From Bacteroidales bacterium (GTDB lineage Bacteria; Bacteroidota; Bacteroidia; Bacteroidales; WCHB1-69): 64,000 bases of DNA. The position numbers and the translations under genes are program-made. Location: contig JAFPVR010000114.1 in the NCBI GenBank assembly GCA_017395245.1, positions 645-64,644 on the forward strand. Direction: 5' to 3'. The notes under the pieces were generated by a model that was not told the origin of the DNA, searched no databases, and saw only the letters and a list, made by a program, of their open reading frames with translations. Positions 1 to 7,965 of the stretch are shown here, piece after piece (positions within the stretch are counted from its first letter, which is position 1; each line of letters opens with the position of its first letter).

Positions 1-1619
1 GACTGCTCATCGGCTTCGGTGAAATCACGGCCTTCGATGATGTCGATGCCCATAAAGCGCAGGAAGTTCCACGAAACAGGATAAACCTGCCAACCGGCAT
101 CCTCGCCCCGCACTTTGCGGCCCCAGCTCATGCGTGAATCCTGTATGAAAGGTCCGTCACCCCAAGCGACATCCTTGATGGCGGCATCGGCTTTCAACTT
201 ACTCTCCACCGCCTCGCGGTTGTTGGCAAGATTCAACGAGACCTGCGACTGCAACAGACATTCTTGATCGAAGCCCATTTCGTGGTTCATCATGAAACGG
301 CGTTGCTCGTGAACGAATATCGCACAGATTATCAGCACAATGGAAACAGTGAACTGCAGACCAATCAGACCGATGCGGAAAGCCTTTCCCTTTTGCGTAG
401 AGCCGAAAGATCCTTTCAATGCAAAGGCTGGGTTGAACGAGGTGGCGAACAAGGCGGGATAAATACTGGCAGCTACGGAGATGAGCAATGCCAAGCCGAT
501 AGTCAATGCAACGACGCCACCATTTTGTCCGAAATCAAGTGAAGTGTCAATCAATGAAGCCAATGTAGATTGCTTGAAGAGGATAACCACACCTACAGCA
601 AGTGCCAAAGATATAGCCACCATCAGCACCGACTCTCCCACCGATGACATCACCAACTGAAAACGACTGCTGCCCAGTATCTTGCGTGTATTGACACTTC
701 TCAGTTTCAACGGCACCATCGCGAAAAAGAAGTTAATGTAGTTGATGAAGGCGATGACCACCACGAAGATGGCGATGATGAGCAGGGTCATCGTGGTGGT
801 TTTGTTTCCCGCCTTGCCAGGGGCAAAATACGAATTGCTGTCGAAGTACATATCGGTCAATCGCACAGGATAAAGTCCAAACTTGACATCCTCGTCGGTG
901 GCCTCTTTTCCCATCATTTCATTAAAAAAGCGTCTGACTACAGGCTTTGACACTTCGACAATCGCATTGGGATCTGCACCTTTGCGAAGCTTCAGAAAAT
1001 AGTTGAACGAAAACTCGCTCCAATCATCGGTGTAATTATCGCCCAAATCAGCCAGCATTTCGAAAGAGGAAAGGTCGCTGTGCTTCGGCATATCTTTGTA
1101 GATGACCACAATAGATATATCCCGCCACTCCGATCCATTGAAGAATTTCATAACGTCACCCACCTGGACACCAAGGCGTTTTGCCGCCGATTCCGAAAGA
1201 GCGAAGCCAGTACCGGTCAAATCGTCCCAATTGCCAGCCACCAATTCGAACCCGAACACGTCACGGGCACCTTTGTTCATGACAGCTATTGAGATGGACA
1301 CAGGCGATTGCTCATCGCTTACACGAACTGTGATGGGATTGCCTGTGATTCCACCACAGCCACCGACTTCAATGTCAGGGGTGGCGTTGACAACATATTC
1401 CCCCAGGGGTCGGCAAAGTAAAGAGGAATATTCACTTTGGTTGATTTCCTTCTTGGTAAGGACATAAATCCGGTCGCTGTCCTTAAGCGCCTTGTTGTAG
1501 GACAGGTCGTGGTGCACCTGCACGAGGATGATGTAGAGGGCGGCGAAGGCGGCCGTCAGCCCGAGTATGTTGAGGGCTGACGAGACGGCTTGGGTTCTGG
1601 ATTGTTTGATGATTCGCAT
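1..1619 (-). CDS. ABC transporter permease, FtsX/MacB-like (partial; 3' end lies beyond window start)
   Basis: Missing from the ORF track because its stop lies left of position 1. The minus-strand ATG at 1619-1617 opens a frame (MRIIKQSRTQAVSSALNILGLTAAFAALYIILVQVHHDLSYNK...) that stays open to position 1. It is paralogous to the three complete FtsX-type ORFs in the window. Confidence 0.8.
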   Translation of the reverse strand, partial: MRIIKQSRTQAVSSALNILGLTAAFAALYIILVQVHHDLSYNKALKDSDRIYVLTKKEINQSEYSSLLCRPLGEYVVNATPDIEVGGCGGITGNPITVRVSDEQSPVSISIAVMNKGARDVFGFELVAGNWDDLTGTGFALSESAAKRLGVQVGDVMKFFNGSEWRDISIVVIYKDMPKHSDLSSFEMLADLGDNYTDDWSEFSFNYFLKLRKGADPNAIVEVSKPVVRRFFNEMMGKEATDEDVKFGLYPVRLTDMYFDSNSYFAPGKAGNKTTTMTLLIIAIFVVVIAFINYINFFFAMVPLKLRSVNTRKILGSSRFQLVMSSVGESVLMVAISLALAVGVVILFKQSTLASLIDTSLDFGQNGGVVALTIGLALLISVAASIYPALFATSFNPAFALKGSFGSTQKGKAFRIGLIGLQFTVSIVLIICAIFVHEQRRFMMNHEMGFDQECLLQSQVSLNLANNREAVESKLKADAAIKDVAWGDGPFIQDSRMSWGRKVRGEDAGWQVYPVSWNFLRFMGIDIIEGRDFTEADEQ

Positions 1620-1647
1620 AATGGTAAATCTATAGCTGCAAATCCCA

Positions 1648-1663
1648 TACAGCAACCGTGCCA
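1648..1663 (-). promoter_or_regulatory. TGGCAC box, weak sigma-54 -24/-12-like (TGGCACGGTTGCTGTA)
   Basis: 52 nt downstream of dyad pair B and 28 nt upstream of ATG 1619. The -12 position reads TGT rather than TGC. Confidence 0.3.
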
Positions 1664-1714
1664 AACTGTGAAGTCATTGACGTTAAGCAGAATACAATAT
1701 GAATACCGCAAAAA

Positions 1715-1754
1715 GCGTAAACATCCTTTACAGCAGTGTAAGGATTCTTTACAC
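1715..1754 (-). promoter_or_regulatory. paired dyads TGTAA-N7-TTACA x2 (site B)
   Basis: Gene-sense sequence is GTGTAAAGAATCCTTACAC-TGC-TGTAAAGGATGTTTACGC. It has the same layout as sites A and C. Confidence 0.5.
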
Positions 1755-1757
1755 GCC

Positions 1758-2825
1758 CTATTCTTTACAATTGAAATAAATATCCAAATGGCCTGTTGCC
1801 CCATCCTGACATTGGACACATACTCCTACAGGAAGAGTCCCTGCATTATACCATCGCGTCAAATCAACGTATGGGGTTTTGTCATGCCGATCCGGGACAA
1901 TCCAAATTTCAATCGACTCCGCATCGCGAACCAGCCACTCCGGGATAACGGTTTTTACTTTCCAGCGACCGTAAGACATTTTACATGCAACTTCGAAACA
2001 CTTCCGCTCCTCTTTGACGTGAAAATCTTCAATTGGGATAACATTTCCAACGTATCGAACTTCTTTGATTTTATCCGCAAAAGACAATTTTTCGCTTTTT
2101 CCCCCAGTTTTCCCGCCCCATGCCTCAATCAAATCCCACACTACAGGCATCACCTTCACAATAGGTTTCACATTCCCTTCTCTTACAGCTTTTTCCACAG
2201 AGAAATGAATCCTATTGAAACGCTGAACATTCCGAACCGTGTCGTTTGAACAGGAATGACGGAACGGGTCATTCGCGACACCGCCAGGGAATGCTCCTGA
2301 ATAAAAAGACCATCCCCATCCATCCAAAATTGGCGGCTCATCGCTGACACAAGTGTCGGGACGGGCGGTCTTCACAGCCAAACGGTAAAGTTCCGTCAAA
2401 GGAGCCGCCAAACTATCGGGTAACTTGATCGAACGACGTTTGGTCTTTACCTTCTCTACTTCTTCAAAGATTGGATTGCCAGCCGAATCGATCATCGCGG
2501 AACCATCTGGATTCAGGCGAACACCGGGTATGTCAATAAACGTCTTACACTCCACCAGCGTCAACTTATGAGTCTTATGGCTATAGGAGTAACCGTAATC
2601 AGGTTTTTCAATCCCTGGAATGTAGAGGCATCCGAAATCATAGTCCTTGACGAGCAAATAGTCTTTTCTACATGAATCCCAATAAAGGAATCTGGCGTCT
2701 TTGTCATCGTAATACGGGGCAAACACCCGCTGAGCATGAAGTTTAAACGAAAAAGCTATGGAAGTAAACAAGATAACGACCATCATTAACAAGCCGTCAT
2801 GGATTAAAGATCTGTTGTATCTCAT
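1758..2825 (-). CDS. hypothetical protein with N-terminal hydrophobic anchor/signal
   Basis: ORF 1758..2858. I prefer the ATG at 2825 (MRYNRSLIHDGLLMMVVILFTSIAFSF...), 23 nt downstream of a TACTTTTG box. No family recognised. Visibly AT-richer than the flanking FtsX genes. Confidence 0.55.
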   Translation of the reverse strand: MRYNRSLIHDGLLMMVVILFTSIAFSFKLHAQRVFAPYYDDKDARFLYWDSCRKDYLLVKDYDFGCLYIPGIEKPDYGYSYSHKTHKLTLVECKTFIDIPGVRLNPDGSAMIDSAGNPIFEEVEKVKTKRRSIKLPDSLAAPLTELYRLAVKTARPDTCVSDEPPILDGWGWSFYSGAFPGGVANDPFRHSCSNDTVRNVQRFNRIHFSVEKAVREGNVKPIVKVMPVVWDLIEAWGGKTGGKSEKLSFADKIKEVRYVGNVIPIEDFHVKEERKCFEVACKMSYGRWKVKTVIPEWLVRDAESIEIWIVPDRHDKTPYVDLTRWYNAGTLPVGVCVQCQDGATGHLDIYFNCKE

Positions 2826-2847
2826 CTTGACATAGGAATTGTTTCTG

Positions 2848-2855
2848 CAAAAGTA
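2848..2855 (-). promoter_or_regulatory. Bacteroidota sigma-A -7 box (TACTTTTG)
   Basis: Matches TAnnTTTG, 23 nt upstream of ATG 2825. Confidence 0.55.
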
Positions 2856-2884
2856 CAAAATATTATGATATCAATGCGTGTTGT

Positions 2885-2956
2885 TTCCTTGATGGGAATT
2901 TGGATACCCTTTTCGCTCTAAACCGTTATCTGGACCATTTTGCACATATCAATTAA
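2885..2956 (+). pseudogene. 3'-terminal remnant of a paralogue of the 107-aa gene at 7629..7952
   Basis: Reads FLDGNLDTLFALNRYLDHFAHIN-stop. Compare FLDGDLDTLAALNRYLDHFAHIN-stop at 7881-7952. No upstream coding part remains. Confidence 0.7.
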
Positions 2957-2969
2957 CATTTTCAAGTAA

Positions 2970-3020
2970 CTACTCCTTCTTCAACGCCTCCGCCGGGTTC
3001 GTCTTCGCGGCGCGCAACGT
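2970..3020 (-). pseudogene. 3'-terminal remnant (17 codons) of an FtsX permease gene
   Basis: The reverse strand reads TLRAAKTNPAEALKKE-stop, the conserved C-terminus of the intact permeases (..LRAARTNPAEALKKE at 4672, ..ARANPAEALKKE at 7966). It is cut off by the stop of the ATPase gene at 3031. Confidence 0.75.
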
Positions 3021-3030
3021 AGCTGACAAT

Positions 3031-4452
3031 TCAGTCGGCAAACAGATCGTCCAGCGTAACCTGATATTGGACAGAGACGGAATATTCGTTATGAAAGAGA
3101 CCGAATGGAGTGATCCAAGTGGGAAGAATACCGTTTCGGGTCTTGGTCTCCCGGACGAATGCCGCCGTACGGTTACGGACTTTCAGGTCCTCATTGGAAG
3201 TGATGGTGTATTCTGATTGGGTGTATTTGATTTCGCAGAGGTTAACAAGACGATCGGCACGTTCGATAATCATATCCACTTGGGCACGTGGAGCTGTGGA
3301 ACTTCGCCATGAGTAATATTCAACGGCAATCTTGTCAAGGCCAAGAGCATGTCGTACCTGCCTAATATGAACCATGCACACATGCTCGAAGGCTAATCCT
3401 TGCCAACTGTTGAGAACTGGGGTGTTGAGACGCTGCTCCCAATAATCTTCAGTAGTTAGCTTTTTGGAGAAGGTGAGATGAAAAAGTGTAAAAAGGTCAA
3501 CCAGCTGGTAATAGGCCTCGTTAGTCTTTAGCCTGCCTCCAATTTTGGTCACATATCGGCGGATGATGTCGCAATATTCCAGATTTTCAAGCTGTTTACT
3601 CAGCGTCCCGCTGGATGATATTTTCAGTTTTTCTGCAATTTCTCCTCTCGTGAGTCCCTGCTTGTTCTTGCCTAATATCTCAACAATGCGAATGTAAGAC
3701 TCTGGCGACTTGAACAGAGAGGCGTAAAGACGTTGATACTCCTGTCCAAGTTCAGAATTTTTATGGAAATAGAGTCTGTCGATGTTTTGGGCAAGGCTCT
3801 CTTGAGGGTTGAGCAAACTGAGGTAATAGGGCACGCCCCCAAGCATCATGTAAGTCTCGACAATCATCTGCCGTGGCCAGTGGATTTTTTTAGTCTGCAG
3901 ATAGGATTCGGTTTCTGCTAACGTAAACTGTCTCAAATAAATAGTGTGTGTGGTTCGGTCATGGAGCCCTCCGTGGTCATTGACTATGTTTTCAATCATC
4001 CAAGAGGTGGCGGAACCGCAAACAATAAGTATGACATCTTTACGTAATGCGGCCCAAGTGTTCCAAAAATGTCCTAAAGCACGGACAAAGCCGGACTTGG
4101 GCGTATCAAAGCAAGGGAGCTCGTCAATATAGATAACCTGACGACCTTTGTGCAGCTGTCTCTCTAAAACAGATTTGAGTCCCTCAAATGCTTCGAGCCA
4201 AGTTTTGGGCTGAGGTCCCGTATAACCAACAGCAATCAAGGCACTCGTAAAGGCAAAGAGTTCCTCTTCACGGGTGCCTTTTAGGATACCCGTGGCGGAG
4301 AAGGCGAACTTGTTGTCGAAAAATTGTTGTATCAGATAAGTCTTGCCCACGCGCCGACGCCCGTAAACGGCCACAAATTCAGCTTTTCCAGAATCTTTAA
4401 TGTCTTGTAACATTTTGATTTCCTGTTTTCTGCCGATAAAATTTTTATCCAT
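3031..4452 (-). CDS. AAA-type ATP-binding protein (Arch_ATPase/DUF234-like)
   Basis: 473-aa ORF. The N-terminus FIGRKQEI...FVAVYGRRRVGKTYL carries a Walker A P-loop, typical of this ATPase family in Bacteroidales. It has its own TATCTTTG box at 4484-4477 and is AT-richer than its flanks. Confidence 0.75.
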   Translation of the reverse strand: MDKNFIGRKQEIKMLQDIKDSGKAEFVAVYGRRRVGKTYLIQQFFDNKFAFSATGILKGTREEELFAFTSALIAVGYTGPQPKTWLEAFEGLKSVLERQLHKGRQVIYIDELPCFDTPKSGFVRALGHFWNTWAALRKDVILIVCGSATSWMIENIVNDHGGLHDRTTHTIYLRQFTLAETESYLQTKKIHWPRQMIVETYMMLGGVPYYLSLLNPQESLAQNIDRLYFHKNSELGQEYQRLYASLFKSPESYIRIVEILGKNKQGLTRGEIAEKLKISSSGTLSKQLENLEYCDIIRRYVTKIGGRLKTNEAYYQLVDLFTLFHLTFSKKLTTEDYWEQRLNTPVLNSWQGLAFEHVCMVHIRQVRHALGLDKIAVEYYSWRSSTAPRAQVDMIIERADRLVNLCEIKYTQSEYTITSNEDLKVRNRTAAFVRETKTRNGILPTWITPFGLFHNEYSVSVQYQVTLDDLFAD

Positions 4453-4476
4453 AACAATACCGTTTTATGACAGGTG

Positions 4477-4484
4477 CAAAGATA
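4477..4484 (-). promoter_or_regulatory. -7 box (TATCTTTG)
   Basis: Matches TAnnTTTG, 25 nt upstream of ATG 4452. Confidence 0.55.
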
Positions 4485-4601
4485 CAATTTTATTCGGATA
4501 GTTCGCCAAAACAAATAAAAATAATTAAAAATGGCGAAATATAGGATATATAAATCGCCATTTTCAAAGTTTTTGATTAGTTTTGGTGACAGATACAGCC
4601 G

Positions 4602-4628
4602 GTAGAGACGCAAAATTTTGCATCTCAC
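4602..4628 (-). repeat. GTAGAGACGC-family inverted-repeat hairpin (possible terminator/RNA-stabilising hairpin)
   Basis: Sequence gtagagacgcaaaattttgcatctcac. The imperfection is a U-G wobble in the minus sense. Lies 44 nt downstream of the FtsX stop at 4672. Confidence 0.55.
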
Positions 4629-4671
4629 AATGCCAAAAAAGTCATACCTTTCGCAAGGTGATCCAAGGTTT

Positions 4672-7065
4672 CTACTCCTTCTTCAGCGCCTCCGCCGGGT
4701 TCGTCCGCGCGGCGCGGAGGGTCTGCCAAAGCACCGAGAGGAAGGCCATCAGCGCGGTGAGCAGGACCGCCACGGCGAAGACCCAGCCGTAATGCTCGAT
4801 GCGGTAGGCGAAACGTTCCAAGTATTTGCCACTGAGCCAAACGGAGATTGGAATGCCGATGACGGAGGCGATGCCCACGAGAAGCATGTAGCCTCTGACG
4901 TTGCGCCACAGCTCGCGACGCACATCGCTGCCGAAGGTTTTCCGGATGGCGATGCTCTTCGTGTTCTCGCCGCTATAGTAGGTGCTCATGGCGACGAGAC
5001 CGAGCAGGGAGATCAAGACGGATAGCAGCATGAACAGTTCGAGCAGGCGCATGGCCATTTTTGCAGGTTGCAGCGACAAGTTGTTAAGGTCCTTCACATA
5101 GCCGTTCTCTGCGGCTTCGACGACCATGCCGTTCTGTTCTTCGGAATAGGCACGGTAGGCTTGCATGATGGCTTTTTCGGTCTCTTTGTAATCGCCTGAA
5201 ACATCAATCATTACGCCGTTGCCCCAAGTCAAATCCTCCGCCTTGGCGATGATGATTGCCGAAAACTGGTTGGGTTCAGACGACGCAGCCGAGCGTGTCG
5301 GGATGTCCTCATAAACACCGCCCACGGTCTCGGGTCGAGAGCCATTGATGCGCATGTGTCGGGGGTAATAATGCATCGTTGAGTCGTTCAAAGCGAGTTT
5401 TTCGGCCAAAGTCTTCGACATCCAGACCGAATTGGTTTTTGGCACGCCGAAATCCTCAACAACCTGCAAACCGAGCATATCGAAATACGACTCGTCGCAC
5501 AGGATGAGTTGTATATTCACATTTTCGCCGTCGGGCGTTTTGACGCTGGTGCCCATGTTTAACTTTCCCGCAAAGCCGCGTCCGTAGCCCACTGCTTTCA
5601 CGTTCGGGATCTTCTCCAAACGGTCGATGAGAGGTGCTATATCGGAATAGTCCGCCACCCAGCATTGCAACGAATACAAGCCCTCCGAGCGCATGTTAGT
5701 GGGACGGTTCATCATGTGGCGCATCTGCACCTCCATCAGGATTGCCATGGCAATCAGGACGATGGTGATGGTGTTTTGGAACACGATGAACACCTTGCTG
5801 AACACCCTTTTGGTTTGAATCCGATAAGTGCCGCGCACCACGTTGATTGGCTCGAAACGCGAAGCGATGGCCGCTGGCGCGACGCCCGCCAAAGTGCCCA
5901 ACAGCACAACCGCCACAAGATATGCTGCCACAATGCCCGCCGACCACTCAAATCGAACAGGAACAAACTGCTCAAACGTCTCAGCATCGATACCCGTCTC
6001 GCCATCTGAAACGGCTCTTAGCAAGTCGTTTATCATCGGGAGCAAGGCGACAGCCAGCAGCAAGGCCAGCACGAAACAAACCGCCGTAAACGTCACAGAC
6101 TCAGTGATGTACTTCATCACAATACGGCCTTTCGTGGCACCGTGAAGCCGTCGTGTAGCCATCTCCTTGGCACGCTTTCCCGAGAGTGCCATGTTGAGGT
6201 TGACATAGTTGAAAATGGCCGAAAGCAAGAGCAACAAAACCACCACCGTAAGCATTTGCAGCACCGACTTGTTGCCTTTCTTGAACACCCACTGGCTATC
6301 ATTGAAAAAAACCTCTGGCAAGTTATAGATTGGCATAGCCTTCACGAAACCGTCGGAATAATTGGGAAGTCCGACCGCCTCGACTTTTTTCGCAAGCTGC
6401 TCACGGTCAGTGCCTTCATGGACTTTTATCAAGGTCATGTATTGCCCAATGGAACTGAAAGGCTCTTGGTTTCCCGAGGCATACAGCTCTTCAAATTCAG
6501 GATTGAAAAGCACATCAGTGTAAGGCACCATCGAGTTGGCGGCATCCTTAAACACGCCACAAACCACGCCTTCAATTTTTTCATCGAAATAACTGACTTT
6601 GAGCGGTTTACCAATAGCATCGCCATTGAAGGCGCGGTTGGCAAGTGACTCAGACACGAGACAATGCCCTTTGAGGCGGAACTCGTCGAGATTGCCGTCA
6701 ATCAAAATGAGACTTGGGAAGAGTTCAAAAAGCTCCGGGTCGGCCTCGGTGATGAAGGCTCTGACAGGCTGCTCGTCGCCGAAGGTGATGTAGCCGTCAT
6801 AGTCGGAGCCAGAGATGCGACACACGGCTTCAGCCTCGGGAAGCTTGTCCTCAAAGACGGCCTTGTCCCACCACGACAGCGACATAAAATCCTGGCATCC
6901 TACGGCATAAATCCTATCTCGATAAGGATTGCCGTAGGCCACGGAATACTGTTGATACACATAATTGCCAATCAGGATGACGAACGCAAGGCTCACCACC
7001 AGTCCCACCGCCTCGACGGCGGTGTAGAGTTTGTTTCTGCTGAGTAATTTAAGGTAGCTTTTCAT
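4672..7065 (-). CDS. ABC transporter permease, FtsX/MacB-like (two-domain, ~800 aa)
   Basis: ORF 4672..7089. Start moved to ATG 7065 (MKSYLKLLSRNKLYTAVEAVGLVVSLAF...), which matches the N-terminus of the 13630 paralogue. Two blocks of FtsX-type TM helices with large extracytoplasmic domains. Ends RTNPAEALKKE. Confidence 0.85.
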   Translation of the reverse strand: MKSYLKLLSRNKLYTAVEAVGLVVSLAFVILIGNYVYQQYSVAYGNPYRDRIYAVGCQDFMSLSWWDKAVFEDKLPEAEAVCRISGSDYDGYITFGDEQPVRAFITEADPELFELFPSLILIDGNLDEFRLKGHCLVSESLANRAFNGDAIGKPLKVSYFDEKIEGVVCGVFKDAANSMVPYTDVLFNPEFEELYASGNQEPFSSIGQYMTLIKVHEGTDREQLAKKVEAVGLPNYSDGFVKAMPIYNLPEVFFNDSQWVFKKGNKSVLQMLTVVVLLLLLSAIFNYVNLNMALSGKRAKEMATRRLHGATKGRIVMKYITESVTFTAVCFVLALLLAVALLPMINDLLRAVSDGETGIDAETFEQFVPVRFEWSAGIVAAYLVAVVLLGTLAGVAPAAIASRFEPINVVRGTYRIQTKRVFSKVFIVFQNTITIVLIAMAILMEVQMRHMMNRPTNMRSEGLYSLQCWVADYSDIAPLIDRLEKIPNVKAVGYGRGFAGKLNMGTSVKTPDGENVNIQLILCDESYFDMLGLQVVEDFGVPKTNSVWMSKTLAEKLALNDSTMHYYPRHMRINGSRPETVGGVYEDIPTRSAASSEPNQFSAIIIAKAEDLTWGNGVMIDVSGDYKETEKAIMQAYRAYSEEQNGMVVEAAENGYVKDLNNLSLQPAKMAMRLLELFMLLSVLISLLGLVAMSTYYSGENTKSIAIRKTFGSDVRRELWRNVRGYMLLVGIASVIGIPISVWLSGKYLERFAYRIEHYGWVFAVAVLLTALMAFLSVLWQTLRAARTNPAEALKKE

Positions 7066-7078
7066 ATCATTTGGTTTT

Positions 7079-7256
7079 AGGTTCCACACTGCGCTGCGTT
7101 TGTGTCACAGTCTCCACACTGCGCCGCGCCTTGTCGTTATCGCTGTCTCCGCAGTCCGGACTTTTCTGTCTTGTCAAGCCCCACACTACGGCTTCGCCTT
7201 GTGTGGGGTTAATTGCGCTTCGCGCGTTTTGCCTCTCCGAGGCTGCTCAAGGAAGA
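7079..7256 (-). repeat. structured 5'-leader repeat L1 (expanded; extra degenerate CCACAC modules)
   Basis: The core at 7179-7256 is gccccacactacggcttcgccttgtgtggggttaattgcgcttcgcgcgttttgcctctccgaggctgctcaaggaag. Two degenerate hairpin modules lie at 7082-7178. It ends 14 nt before ATG 7065. Confidence 0.8.
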
Positions 7257-7267
7257 TGATATTTTAT

Positions 7268-7275
7268 TATTTTTG
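7268..7275 (+). promoter_or_regulatory. -7 box (TATTTTTG)
   Basis: 16 nt upstream of ATG 7291, which implies a very short leader. Confidence 0.5.
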
Positions 7276-7290
7276 CCGAAAAAATGATTT

Positions 7291-7629
7291 ATGCAGGTAC
7301 TTACTGAAAAAATATCAAGAGAACAACTTAAAGAATTGGCATCCAATACTTTCATTGATATGATTAAGTGTGTGGCCGATGTGAGAAAAGGTCTTCTTGC
7401 TGTAGATGCAGAGCTCCATGCTGACTTGGAGTCGATGTTACTCGAGAACGGTTCGGAGCAGGAAAATCTTTGGGGTTTCAACCTGTATCCAGAAGAAACA
7501 GGGGATGACTTCATTGAATTCGACTCCTTAATCAATATCCGTTCTTGGCAAGGCAACCGCAGCCGTGATGTTGAGAATCCAGAAGTCAGGGAACAAATAA
7601 AATCCATCGTTTCAAAATTCGTTGAATAA
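7291..7629 (+). CDS. small conserved hypothetical protein (112 aa; possibly DUF5674-like, recalled from memory only)
   Basis: ORF follows a TATTTTTG box at 7268-7275. Its stop overlaps the next start (TAATG, 7627-7631). Confidence 0.6.
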   Translation: MQVLTEKISREQLKELASNTFIDMIKCVADVRKGLLAVDAELHADLESMLLENGSEQENLWGFNLYPEETGDDFIEFDSLINIRSWQGNRSRDVENPEVREQIKSIVSKFVE

Positions 7630-7952
7630 TGCAGCACGAGACACTCAGTAACGGAGCGTGGGCCGATATGCCCTTTCCAAAACAGATGGCCAATATTGGG
7701 AGCGAAACTTATCGTGCCACGAAATGGCTCGCCAAGGGCCGTCGCGACAACGCCGAAAAGGCTTTTGAGCGGATGCAGGAGCTCATCGACTTGACCATCG
7801 CATACGGTAGGCATGGGCAACCCAACCGCAAAGCCCTCCTGAAAGAGCTCTGCCGATTCCGGGAACTTTACTGCGGGGCTTTCCTTGATGGGGATTTGGA
7901 CACCCTTGCCGCGCTCAACCGTTATTTGGACCATTTTGCACATATCAATTGA
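7629..7952 (+). CDS. small hypothetical protein (107 aa)
   Basis: Translationally coupled to 7291..7629. A remnant copy of its last 23 codons survives at 2885-2956. Confidence 0.55.
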   Translation: MQHETLSNGAWADMPFPKQMANIGSETYRATKWLAKGRRDNAEKAFERMQELIDLTIAYGRHGQPNRKALLKELCRFRELYCGAFLDGDLDTLAALNRYLDHFAHIN

Positions 7953-7965
7953 TCTTTTCAAGTAA

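Noticed and set aside
4500-4560. Hairpin ATGGCGA-(17 nt)-TCGCCAT upstream of the AAA ATPase gene as a regulatory element
   Set aside because: It is a single short stem with a large AT-rich loop, has no second copy in the window, and its position does not suggest a function.
7071-7363. Small ORFs sharing the peptide PH(T/Y)(A/G)(A/F)(S/A)(P/L)CV(G/N)..ALRAFCL.EAAQG (7071..7259, 7100..7363, 17779..18042, 17874..18638 N-terminus, 22742..22996, 52351..52710, 55973..56524)
   Set aside because: The shared peptide is the translation of the nucleotide leader repeat on the strand opposite to the genes it precedes. The ORFs have no consistent start, length or context.
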